From Limisphaerales bacterium (GTDB lineage Bacteria > Verrucomicrobiota > Verrucomicrobiia > Limisphaerales > JAJOIW01), in NCBI GenBank assembly GCA_965657355.1, contig CBFHOE010000004.1:47537-111536 (forward strand): 64,000 bases of DNA, in the 5' to 3' direction. The translations under genes and the position numbers were made by a program. Below are positions 29,915 through 40,500 of this stretch, one piece after another; positions within the stretch are counted from its first letter, which is position 1; the number at the start of each line of letters is the position of its first letter. The notes under the pieces are model-generated. The model saw only the letters and a program-made list of their open reading frames with translations, made no database searches and was not told where the DNA came from.

Positions 29915-30099
29915 CGGCCCCAATAACATATCTTGGAAACATTTTAAAGTGCGAGAATGGTTAGGAAAAGCCAAGGATTTGGTGCTCTAGTGCCTGATTT
30001 GTGGCTGGAATTTTGTTTTATTGGTTTCTGATATTCTGATGAGAAGCAAAATGTGTTCTTGCCAATTTGCAAAGTATTCGTTCAATTGTTTCCAATTCT

Positions 30100-33039
30100 A
30101 TGGATGACAAACAACCACGCAAGGGCTCTTTAAGCCCCAAGATCTTTTTGCCCGTAATTCTCGGGGTGTTAGCATTCGTTGTCTATTTGCTTACTTTAGC
30201 TCCCTGGCTTTCTTTCAAAAATGTAGAGCAAGCAGCAACCGCAGGAGGTTGGAATTGGGAAATAGCCGAAAACTATTTTGTGGCCCCATTAACCTACCTC
30301 ATTACACTTCCGTTAAGGTTGATTGGAGGGGGAACCCCTTCGCCTTTGCTATTAAATGCTGTTTCAGCAACGTGCGGCGCGCTTTCCGTTTTTGCGCTTG
30401 CCAGCGCTATCAGATGGTTTCCGCAAGACAGAACAAGGGAGCAACGTATTCGCGAAAAATCATCCAAAGGACTTCTTAGCGGACCTCTTTTTTGGGTGCC
30501 CATCGTTTCGGGGGCACTTTTGTTTTGCCTCAATTTAACTATTTGGGAGAGTGCTACCTCGTATACAGAGGAAATGATCAACCTGCTGGTTTTTTCATTC
30601 ATCATTCGCGCAATCCTAAAATCTCGGGTCGATCAATCAAACTTGAGGATGATTATCGCCGCTTTCCTTGTTGGGGCTGGCCTATCCAATGACGGTGGAT
30701 TTATTGGTTTTCTGCCCTTTATTTTTGCCGGATTTATTTGGTCGAAGAAGAAAGATTTTCTCCAGTTCCAATTTCTCTTACCAGGTATCGTCGCTTTTCT
30801 TGTGGGTATAAGTCTGTATTTCCTGGTACCCATTATCCACCCATACAATGGAGTTGATGGGGTTGGATACTTCGAGAGACTGTTTAATTACCTTGGAAAC
30901 CAAAAAAGTTATATTTTACTGAGACAGTTTCGACTCCCGGCCATTATTTTTGGAATGACCTCAATAGTCCCGGTAATATTTGCAACAATCAGGTGGCCAG
31001 GTCAGTTTGGAGATATGTCAGCAATCGGAGCTTTTTTCTCTCAGATAATGTTCCGAATTTTTCATCTCGTATTCTTATGCGCCTGTCTTTACATATTTTT
31101 TGACCAAGCCCATAGCCCTCGACAATCAGAGATGGGATCGACTCTATTATATTTAAGATTCCAATTCCTTACAGCATTGGCATTTGGGTATTACCTTGGT
31201 TATTTCATTATTCTACTTTCGAAAGCACCGGAGTCTCGGCGACGTAAAAAAACTGTTTTACCTCCAGAGTTTTCCAAGACATTAGCCTATGGCCTTTCTG
31301 CCATTGCTCTCATTTCACCTGGAATTTTATTTGCCAAGAATGCAGGTTTCATTCTTGGACAAAAAGCAACCCCTTGGAAACAATATGCTGACCTCATGTC
31401 CGAGGGTATCGTCCTAGATGGAGAGGGACCACATTTTGTCGGAGCCAACAGCTTGGGCGGTGGGAGAGGGGCCATCACCTTGAAACTCCTTCGCAGTAAT
31501 CTATCGAACAAACAAATGGGCTCGATGCTGCTGTTTGATGCCTCAGCCGGCTATCTCTTTAACCCGATATACCACAAATATTTAAAAAATAAATTTCCAG
31601 AAGTATATCCAGAACTGCCGGACATCGTTGAAGGTCAAGATGAGTATTCCGCGCAGGATGTCATCACCATCTTCAAGGCTTTGACATCCAACGGAAAAGC
31701 CTTTTACCTGAACCCAAGTTTCGGGATGTTTTTTGAGGTAATGTATTCCCAGCCATCGGGCATGTCATACTCCCTTACTTCATACCCTGCCGAGGGTATT
31801 GATTTTGTAAAACTTTCTGATGCCACTGTCAGCAAGCTCGATGATATGGTTGAAACTGTTGATGAAGATCTTATCAAACCGCTTGTTCGGCTGAATAAAT
31901 TGGATCCTCCCAGGTCAGTTAGAAACGGCCAAAAAGTTCAAACTAATCAGGGGCGCTTAAGCTTCCTCATTTCACGGTATTGCAATGACGTCGGTTACAA
32001 ACTCATGAGGAGCGGTCACGTGGAACTGGCTCGGAAATATCTTGAGATGTGTAAATCTATCAATCCGGACAATGTCTCAGCTCAAATGAACCTTTTTGCC
32101 ATCGACCTCATTCAAAAAACCTCAGGGAAAATGGTCGCTTCAGACTGGGAATACCCGGAAGAAATGAAAGAGTTTATTGATGAAAAGTTAAAGAGCTTTA
32201 ATGACGTACAATCCTTATTAGGGATGTATGGGTTCTTCGATAATCCGTCATTAACCTTTGGGTTATCCCAGATTTTTATGACCAACGGTTATCCAAGACA
32301 AGGGTATCAATTGCTCATGCGAACCCTCGAATTAGATCCAACGAATTATCTATATTATGCGGATGGTTCGATGTTCATTCTTAATCAAAATCGTCCCGAT
32401 ATTGTAAGAAACATTCTTGATCAACTAAACAAGAACATCAATTTTGAGGATGTACCTTTTGAAGATCAAAATTTATCTTTGAAAATTGAGGCCCAAATCC
32501 TTCTCAAAGAGGGCAGGTTAGACGAAGCCGTCAAATTAATAGAAGATGATGCAGCCAAGGAGCCTTTACGTGAATCCACTCTCAGGTTTCTTGCTGGCAT
32601 TTATGAAAAAGCAGGGCAACCAAGTAAGGTTATAGAAATTTGTAATAAGCAACTGAGCAGCTTTCCTGAAGACCACGGAACGATTCTTAAACTTGGACTC
32701 GCATATGCATTGAATGAGGATTTTCAACGCGCGCTCGATGCCAACAATAAAGCTATCAAGCTTAAAGAAAACTTTTGGCAAGCCCATAAAAATAATGCCT
32801 TTGTTTACTCAAAACTTGACCAATGGGAAGATGTTATCGATTCGCTTGAAAAAGTGATGGCAATAAGGCCTGCCTATTACGAGGGCCATGTGGAAATCGC
32901 TCATGCTTACCAAACTCTTGGGGACAATGCCAATGCAGTAAAACACCTTAAGGAGTATTTAATTACCATTCCGTCAGGGTCTGCAAGGGCCATTGCTGTC
33001 CAAAATCAAATTGACCAATTGGAAGCAGAGGCTGAATAA
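30100..33039 (+). CDS. Divergent DUF2723/TMEM260-like multi-TM protein with C-terminal TPR repeats
   Basis: VYLLTLAP N-terminal motif, roughly 11-13 hydrophobic segments, long soluble C-terminus with TPR-like helices. ATG at 30100 (track start 30067). Confidence 0.7.
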   Translation: MDDKQPRKGSLSPKIFLPVILGVLAFVVYLLTLAPWLSFKNVEQAATAGGWNWEIAENYFVAPLTYLITLPLRLIGGGTPSPLLLNAVSATCGALSVFALASAIRWFPQDRTREQRIREKSSKGLLSGPLFWVPIVSGALLFCLNLTIWESATSYTEEMINLLVFSFIIRAILKSRVDQSNLRMIIAAFLVGAGLSNDGGFIGFLPFIFAGFIWSKKKDFLQFQFLLPGIVAFLVGISLYFLVPIIHPYNGVDGVGYFERLFNYLGNQKSYILLRQFRLPAIIFGMTSIVPVIFATIRWPGQFGDMSAIGAFFSQIMFRIFHLVFLCACLYIFFDQAHSPRQSEMGSTLLYLRFQFLTALAFGYYLGYFIILLSKAPESRRRKKTVLPPEFSKTLAYGLSAIALISPGILFAKNAGFILGQKATPWKQYADLMSEGIVLDGEGPHFVGANSLGGGRGAITLKLLRSNLSNKQMGSMLLFDASAGYLFNPIYHKYLKNKFPEVYPELPDIVEGQDEYSAQDVITIFKALTSNGKAFYLNPSFGMFFEVMYSQPSGMSYSLTSYPAEGIDFVKLSDATVSKLDDMVETVDEDLIKPLVRLNKLDPPRSVRNGQKVQTNQGRLSFLISRYCNDVGYKLMRSGHVELARKYLEMCKSINPDNVSAQMNLFAIDLIQKTSGKMVASDWEYPEEMKEFIDEKLKSFNDVQSLLGMYGFFDNPSLTFGLSQIFMTNGYPRQGYQLLMRTLELDPTNYLYYADGSMFILNQNRPDIVRNILDQLNKNINFEDVPFEDQNLSLKIEAQILLKEGRLDEAVKLIEDDAAKEPLRESTLRFLAGIYEKAGQPSKVIEICNKQLSSFPEDHGTILKLGLAYALNEDFQRALDANNKAIKLKENFWQAHKNNAFVYSKLDQWEDVIDSLEKVMAIRPAYYEGHVEIAHAYQTLGDNANAVKHLKEYLITIPSGSARAIAVQNQIDQLEAEAE

Positions 33040-33054
33040 TTTTTAATCTTCCCT

Positions 33055-34233
33055 ATGAAGATTGCCCACGTCATAACGAGATTGATTGTCGGTGGGGCCC
33101 AGGAAAATACTCTAGCCAGTGTACTGGGCTTGCGCCAAAAATATGGCCTTGATGTTTCTTTGATCGCGGGACCAACTTCTGGGCCAGAGGGCTCGTTAAC
33201 AGATGAGATAAAAAATGAAATAGGCGAGGACTATCATGAGATTCCCGAACTCATTCGCTCAATTCATCCATTGAAAGATTATCGGGCATACAAATTACTT
33301 AAATCTCACTTTAAACAACATAAGCCAGACATCGTTCACACCCACTCCGCGAAAGCTGGATTTCTGGGAAGAATGGCAGCTTTTGATGCTAAAGTTCCCC
33401 TTGTAATTCATGGTATCCATGGTCCCTCATTCGGCCCATTCCAAAATGGGCTTAAAAATTTCTTGTATCTTCAAGCGGAACGTTGGGCCGGAAAAAGAAC
33501 AGATCATTTTGTCAGTGTCGCCCGTGCCATGACGCAACAATATCTTGCTGCCGGGATCGGGTGCCAGTCAAAATACACTCGCATTTTTAGCGGATTCCCA
33601 ATCAATGCCTATGATAATCAAGAGAAGAGGGATGCCATTCGCAGGGAGCTGGGTATCTCGACAAGTGATTTTGTCGTAGGAAAAATAGGTAGGCTCTTCA
33701 AGCTAAAAGGCCATGGTGACCTTTTCAAAGTTGCCCCTCGGTTAGTGAAAATGATTCCCGAAATTAAATTCCTCCTCGTGGGAGGAGGCCCATGGGAGGC
33801 AAAGTTTAAAAACATGGCAGATAGGCATGGCTTATCTGATTACTTTGTTTTTACTGGTCTTGTTCCTCCTCAAGATATTCCTGGTTTAATATCAACGATG
33901 GACCTTCTGATCCATCTTTCCTTACGGGAGGGGCTTCCACGCGCTATCCCTCAAGCTCAGGCGGCTGGGAAACCCGTGATTGCTTACGATTGTGATGGGG
34001 CTGGTGAAGTGTGTCGAGATGGCCGGTCTGGTTATCTAATTCCACCGGGGGATAGGCTTTCATTATGTGAATTAATTTCTCAAATCTATAACAATCCTGA
34101 TCTGGCTTTCAAATTCGGGTCCCAGGGAAGAGATTACGTGATGGAGAACTTTTCAGTGGAAAAGTTGGTTGATGAACAATACCGACTTTACAATAATTTA
34201 GTTGCCAATCTTTCACCTAATTACGATATCTGA
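33055..34233 (+). CDS. Glycosyltransferase family 4
   Basis: HVITRLIVGGAQEN, VHTHSAKAG, GRLFKLKG, SLREGLP...GKPVI. Confidence 0.93.
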   Translation: MKIAHVITRLIVGGAQENTLASVLGLRQKYGLDVSLIAGPTSGPEGSLTDEIKNEIGEDYHEIPELIRSIHPLKDYRAYKLLKSHFKQHKPDIVHTHSAKAGFLGRMAAFDAKVPLVIHGIHGPSFGPFQNGLKNFLYLQAERWAGKRTDHFVSVARAMTQQYLAAGIGCQSKYTRIFSGFPINAYDNQEKRDAIRRELGISTSDFVVGKIGRLFKLKGHGDLFKVAPRLVKMIPEIKFLLVGGGPWEAKFKNMADRHGLSDYFVFTGLVPPQDIPGLISTMDLLIHLSLREGLPRAIPQAQAAGKPVIAYDCDGAGEVCRDGRSGYLIPPGDRLSLCELISQIYNNPDLAFKFGSQGRDYVMENFSVEKLVDEQYRLYNNLVANLSPNYDI

Positions 34234-35230
34234 TCGCTTGCTTGCATTTCCATATACATTTTATTGTCTGAGTTTTTTTTGCGGATTCCTATTAAGCTTT
34301 CTATTAGTTCCAGTTATTCGATTAAAATGTGAGCAACTGGGCTTAGTAGATAATCCAGGTTATCGGAAAATTCATCATTCACCTATTCCACTTGCTGGAG
34401 GGCCAGTGATCATGCTTGCTTTTAGTATACTATTGGTATCTGGGGCTGGTGGTTTTGTCCTGCTGGATACGCTGTATGATTCTGAAGGTATTTCAAAACT
34501 TGCATATGGTGTAAGGGCAAAAATATTTCAGATCTCAATGATTTTGTTAGGAGGGATAGTTCTTGGGGTCATGGGAATACTTGACGATAAATCCGCATAC
34601 TCCGCAAAAACGAAATTATTCTGGCAAATCATTGGGGCAATGCTCTTGGCATCGTCAGGAGCACGAATGACTATCTTTATTGAGACAATCTGGATTCAAT
34701 ACCTGCTGACCATCTTCTGGGTATTAATCTTAGTCAATGCTTTCAATTTTATTGATAATATGAATGGGGCCTCGTCTGGGCTCGGAATTATTGCCTTGGC
34801 TTTTTGTTCCCTGTCAGGGCATCACGCCAATCAATACCTAGTGCCTGGATTAGGTATTCTTTTTATAGGAATAATAGCTGGTGTGCTTTTATGGAATTTT
34901 CCACACGCAAAAATATTTTTAGGTGATTCCGGAAGCCATTTGATAGGTTACCTCGTCGCGTTTATTACCATAAAAGCTACGTACTATTCCTCTGAGGTTC
35001 ATGAATCTCGAATGGCAGTCATAACTCCTTTGTTTTTCGTGGCGGTGCCATTGATTGATATTTTTCAGGTGACGATTATGCGTGCTATTCGAGGGAAGCC
35101 AATTTGGATCGGGGACACAAGACATCTCACACATATCCTTTCAAAGACAAAGCTCGGAAAAGTCGGAGCTGTAGTTTTTCTTTGGTTGATGGCCATTTTA
35201 TTGGGATTTATTCCCTATTTATTTTCCTGA
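34202..35230 (+). CDS. Polyprenyl-phosphate HexNAc-1-phosphate transferase (WecA/TagO, MraY superfamily)
   Basis: RKIHHSPIPLAGG, GILDD, NAFNFIDNMNG, IFLGDSGS, GDTRHLTH. Start uncertain. Confidence 0.9.
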   Translation: MPIFHLITISDRLLAFPYTFYCLSFFCGFLLSFLLVPVIRLKCEQLGLVDNPGYRKIHHSPIPLAGGPVIMLAFSILLVSGAGGFVLLDTLYDSEGISKLAYGVRAKIFQISMILLGGIVLGVMGILDDKSAYSAKTKLFWQIIGAMLLASSGARMTIFIETIWIQYLLTIFWVLILVNAFNFIDNMNGASSGLGIIALAFCSLSGHHANQYLVPGLGILFIGIIAGVLLWNFPHAKIFLGDSGSHLIGYLVAFITIKATYYSSEVHESRMAVITPLFFVAVPLIDIFQVTIMRAIRGKPIWIGDTRHLTHILSKTKLGKVGAVVFLWLMAILLGFIPYLFS

Positions 35231-35317
35231 CATTATCTGAGTCTAGGATAGGATGTCATTTCCAACCATATAGATGAATTATCCCTGGGATGTTGCCTGG
35301 GAGAAGTCGATGCAACG

Positions 35318-37498
35318 ATGAAATTTACAAGTCAAATATACTCATTGGTAGTTTTAGGATTTATTTTCCTTCTTTTGGAACCAGCCAGGGCTCAAGACGC
35401 TCAACTCAAAAGGCTGATGAGAGAGCATATAGAAAAGATAGATAAGAACTCGGAAAAATTAAAAATCCCTGAATTTCCTGAAGGAAAAGATTGGTTTAAT
35501 TCGCCTGCTTTGAAATTTGGAAAAGAGCTCGATGGTAAAATAGTCGTTCTGGATTTTTGGACGTATTGCTGTATCAATTGCATTCACGTCTTACCGGATC
35601 TAGCCGAGTTGGAGAGAAAATATGCTGCATACCCAGTTGCTTTTGTTGGTGTTCATTCCGCTAAGTTTGACAATGAAAAGGTCTCAGAAAATATTCGTCA
35701 GGCGGTTTTAAGATACGAAATTGAACACCCCGTTATCAATGATGATGAGATGTTTATTTGGAGGAGTATTGGTGTTCGGGCCTGGCCATCCATGGTTGTT
35801 GTTGGACCTAAAAACAATATCTTACTCATGGTATCTGGTGAAAATAAAAAAAATATCATAGATACTGCAATCTCGGAGGCTTTGAATTTTTATTCACCTG
35901 ATCTGTTCAAATACGATCCAGTGCCTACTGCTCTGGAGAGAGATAAAAGCGTTAATGAAAAATCAACATCACCTCTTCGTTTTCCAGCAAAATTGGCATA
36001 CGACAAAAACAAAAAGCGAATTTTTATTAGCGATTCCAATAATAACAGAATCATCGTTACTGATCATAGCGGCGAGTTCTTATCCAGTATCGGAAATGGC
36101 AGAGTTGGTTTAGTCGATGGGTCATTTTCAGAAGCACGTTTTAATCGTCCGCAGGGAATAACTTGGTATCGCGATAAACTTTACGTGGCTGATGCAGAAA
36201 ACCATGCTTTGCGAGAAATAGATATGGAGAATGAAAAGGTAACTACTCTTGCTGGCAATGGAGTTCAAGGAAGGGATTATTCTGGTGGCAAATCCGGAGC
36301 CAAGCAACTTTTAAGCACTCCCTGGGATGTTTTAGGCGTCGGAGATAAAATATTTATTGCCATGGCTGGGACGCATCAAATTTGGGCATGGGACCTCAAA
36401 TCTAAAATAGCATCAAATTTCAGTGGTGACGGATCTGAGCAAAATCTCAATGGCGAAGGAGCCCTCAAAGTAGCCTGGTCTCAGCCTTCTGGTTTAGCCA
36501 CCAATGGAAAAGATATTTATATAGCAGATAGTGAAAGTAGCACTATTCGTGGGTTGGAAATTGCAACCGAAAGGGCATTTCCTATTGTCGGTGGCGATGT
36601 CACTCAGCCAAGAAATCTTTTTGATTTTGGAGATGTTGACGGAATTGGAGATGATGCAGGGCTACAACATCCATTAGGAGTTTTCATGTATAACAACGAT
36701 GCATCGGTTTTAGTCGCCGATACTTACAATCACAAAATCAAAACACTTAATCCAACGGAGAGGACAATTTCGACACTTGCTGGGGTAGGCACCGCTGGAT
36801 ATAAAGATGGTCCATTTGAAAAGGCTCTTTTTGCTGAGCCCTCTGGCTTTTGTGAAACGGATGATAATCAGGTCTTCTTGGTGGCTGATACAAATAACCA
36901 CAAGATCAGAATTATAGATTTAAATAAACGAGAGGTGTCCACTCTAGAACTAAAAAACATACCTAATGCACTGTCGCCATACGAGCATGGGCAATGGGAT
37001 CTTTCGGGTTTTTCTGATGCAAAAGCCGAAAAAGTAAAACTTGTTGTCGATCTCAGCTCCAAAGAGCCCATATCGATTCCAATTTCTTTAAAGCTCCCAA
37101 GTGATCAGAAAATTAATGAACTAGCCGAATCTCGTTGGCAGGTTACAAGTAATGAATCATCGAAAAACCAAAATGCAAATTTCTTTCAAGCCCTTGAGAC
37201 GAGAAAGGGAGTTATCGATCCGATAAATCCATCTATTTCATTAATAATAGACCCATTGAAGTTGGATTTAAAAGAGGGGGCAACTTCAATTAATTTTGAA
37301 TGCGTTGCATACTATTGCGGAAAAAATGACACCATTTGCAAAGTAGGTCACATTAAACGCGAGCTTTTAATTTCTGATGCATCGCTCACAAAACCCATAA
37401 ACAAAACCCCTCTACCCTTAGTATTTGAGATCCAGGATATGACAAAAAAAATTCATTCTCTATTGGATCCTTTGTTAGAGGAACCAATAAATAAATAG
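35318..37498 (+). CDS. Exported thioredoxin-like + NHL-repeat protein (NHLRC2/SOQ1-like)
   Basis: LDFWTYCCINC, VGVHSAKF, multiple NHL repeats (xADxxNH), C-terminal beta domain with YYC...C; signal peptide ending ARA-Q. Confidence 0.9.
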   Translation: MKFTSQIYSLVVLGFIFLLLEPARAQDAQLKRLMREHIEKIDKNSEKLKIPEFPEGKDWFNSPALKFGKELDGKIVVLDFWTYCCINCIHVLPDLAELERKYAAYPVAFVGVHSAKFDNEKVSENIRQAVLRYEIEHPVINDDEMFIWRSIGVRAWPSMVVVGPKNNILLMVSGENKKNIIDTAISEALNFYSPDLFKYDPVPTALERDKSVNEKSTSPLRFPAKLAYDKNKKRIFISDSNNNRIIVTDHSGEFLSSIGNGRVGLVDGSFSEARFNRPQGITWYRDKLYVADAENHALREIDMENEKVTTLAGNGVQGRDYSGGKSGAKQLLSTPWDVLGVGDKIFIAMAGTHQIWAWDLKSKIASNFSGDGSEQNLNGEGALKVAWSQPSGLATNGKDIYIADSESSTIRGLEIATERAFPIVGGDVTQPRNLFDFGDVDGIGDDAGLQHPLGVFMYNNDASVLVADTYNHKIKTLNPTERTISTLAGVGTAGYKDGPFEKALFAEPSGFCETDDNQVFLVADTNNHKIRIIDLNKREVSTLELKNIPNALSPYEHGQWDLSGFSDAKAEKVKLVVDLSSKEPISIPISLKLPSDQKINELAESRWQVTSNESSKNQNANFFQALETRKGVIDPINPSISLIIDPLKLDLKEGATSINFECVAYYCGKNDTICKVGHIKRELLISDASLTKPINKTPLPLVFEIQDMTKKIHSLLDPLLEEPINK

Positions 37499-37533
37499 TG
37501 AGAATGGAAACTAAAACATTTTGAAAGTCTAAA

Positions 37534-40500
37534 TTGATGAAATTGAATCATAAATTATTACCAAAAATTTTCTTGGTATTGCTGTTGTTTTTTACGGCAG
37601 AATCTGTAAGTGCACAGAAAAAATTAGTAGATGCTAAAAATACTAGGACAGGAAATCCAGAGCCACAAAAAGATCCCGATTTTGCCCAATTTGGAATTTA
37701 TAGTAAAACAGCGTCAAGGCCACAAAGGGTAAAAGAAACCAAGACTCAGCTTCCTATTAAATTTAAAAAGAATCAAAGGATAGCATTCATAGGCAATACC
37801 CTTTTGGAGAGGTCTCAATATTTTGGTTATATTGAAGCGGCACTTCATCAGCATAATCCCGGATTGAACCTCGTTGTAAGAAATTTTTCCTGGTCAGCGG
37901 ATACTCCAGACATCCAGCCTCGGCCAAACAATTTTGCTGACTTGGAGCAGCATTTGACTTACGAAAAAATTGATATCATTCTTGCATCATTCGGATTTAA
38001 TGAATCTTTTGCCGGGCCTTCAGGGTTGCCTGCTTTCAAGCAGTCACTGAATTCCTATATTCAAAAACTGCAATCCAGTGCTTTCAATGGTCAAATAGGC
38101 CCTCAAATTATCCTGTTATCTCCGATTGCCAATGAAAATATTGATAACGTCTCCGCTGCGGATAGGAACAATCATAATATTGCGTTATACGCCCAGGCTA
38201 TCTCCGAAGTAGCTATGAAAAGGGGAATCGGATTTATAGATGTTTTTGGGCCAACTAAAAAGGCAATGGAGAATACTAAAGTTGATCTAACCTTTAATGG
38301 GATTCATATGGTCGAGGCTGGATATGAATTACTCGGAAGACTCGTTTCTCGAGCCCTCACAGGAAAAATTATAAATACTTTTGATAAACCATTGAGAGAA
38401 GAAGTCGTTGATAAAAATAAGCAATATTTTAGAAGGTATAGGCCTTTGAATACTTATTACTATACCGGCGCTCGAAATAAATCATATGGCTATCTGGATT
38501 TTTTACCGGCTATGAAAAATTTCCAGATAATGACTGAAAATCGGGATCAAAGAATCTGGTCGTTAGCTCAAGGGAATGATGTTGACGGCATACCAAAAGA
38601 TTTGAATGTAAAGCAGATGCCTGTCACATCGCAGAGTAGGGGAGCGAATAAGTGGCTTAGTCCAGAGGAAGAACTGGAAGCTTTCCAAGTTGATCCTGGT
38701 TTTGAGGTCAATCTGTTCGCATCTGAGGTGGAATTTCCTGATGTGGCATGCCCTATTCAAATGAGATGGGATACACGGGGGCGCATGTGGGTGAGTTGTT
38801 CGACGACATACCCGCACGTTTACCCCGGTAACGAACCAAACGATAAGATCGTTATTTTGGAGGATACAGATCAAGATGGAAAAGCTGATAAGTCAACGGT
38901 CTTTGCTGATGATCTCCAAATTCCTTTATCATTTGAACTTGGAGACGGCGGGGTTTACATCTCCGAGGAACCACATTTGATCTTTATCAAAGATACTGAC
39001 GGAGACGATAAAGCTGACTTTAAAAGAATTCTTTTTACCGGGTTCGGATGTGAGGATAGTCATCACGCCCTGCACGATTTTGTATGGACCCCTGAGGGGG
39101 ACCTATTATTTAGGGAATCCATTTTTCATAATAGTCAGGTAGAAACACCTTATGGACCGGTCAGAGCAAGAAACAGTGCCTGGTTCCAATTGCATCCAAA
39201 ATCGCATCGATTGACCTCTTTTGGTAGCTACCCCAACACTAATCCTTGGGGTGTGACATTCGATAGGTGGGGTTATCATGTTGCCAGTCACCCCATTTTT
39301 GCTGCTGCTTTTCATGCGACTAACCCTCCGTTTCCAACACAGCATCCACGCGCTGCCGGAATAAAAGCCTACTCGGGGGTCTGCGGACATGAATTTGTAG
39401 ATTTCGATTTCTGGCCAGAGGAAATGCAAGGTGGATATGTGAAAGTTCGTTACAAGCCAACTAATAGGGTAGAATTTCACACCTGGAACCAAAATGAGGA
39501 CGCGTTCTCTGAGAGTTACCAAAAGGATCTTATCTTTTCTACTAATTTGAGTTTTATTCCAACGGATCTAAAATACGGCCCTCGTGGTGCAATGTATGTG
39601 GTCGACTGGTATAATCCAATCAAAGGGCATGCGCAGTATTCCCTGAGAGACGAAAGAAGAGATAGGAAATCTGGCCGTATTTGGAGGATAATTCCAAAGG
39701 GAGCCAAACTACCGCCGGCCCCCAAAATATACAATCAACCTGTTCCAGAGCTATTAGATCTTTTAAAAAGGCCTGAGTATCGCATTCGATACATGGCAAA
39801 AATGGAACTCAGAGAGCGGTCGGAACAGACTGTGATTCAAGAGTTGGATAAATGGGTTAATCACCTCGATATCAAGGACCCAAATATCGATCACCATATT
39901 CTTGAAGCTCTTTGGATGTACAAAGGTGTCGACAGTTATAATCAATCTCTTTGGTATCGTTTATTGGATTCAAAGAATGAGCATGCGCGTGCCAGTGCTG
40001 TAAGGTTTTTACGCTCATGGCATAAAAAAATCTCGAAAGAGAAACGTAATTCTATTCTTAAGCGGTTCGCCAAAGATAAGAGTGCTTTCGTTCGGATGGA
40101 ATCTGCCATAGCTGCAAGTTACATTGGTGACAGAGAGGCCCTTGACTCCATACTTCCAATACTCTCTTCAAAAATGGGCGCTCACCTAAAATATGCAGTG
40201 GCATGTGCATTAGGGTCAGAAGCTCTAAGGGCTCATTGGATGAACAATTCTGGATATGAAGATGTTAATGCTTTCTTCAGAGAATCTAAGTCTAAAGATG
40301 AGTTTGCTGAACCAACTCCATCTGCTTCTCAAGCTCAATTTGATTCACAAAAAGATTTGAAGGTTGTCGAAATTTCATGCGTTCCGGAGAGGATGAGATT
40401 CACCAAGCAAAAAATAAATGTTAAGTCAGGTCAGCCCATAAAATTAGTTTTCACAAACCCGGATGCTACGGATCATAACTTTGTGCTCGTCCAACCCGGA

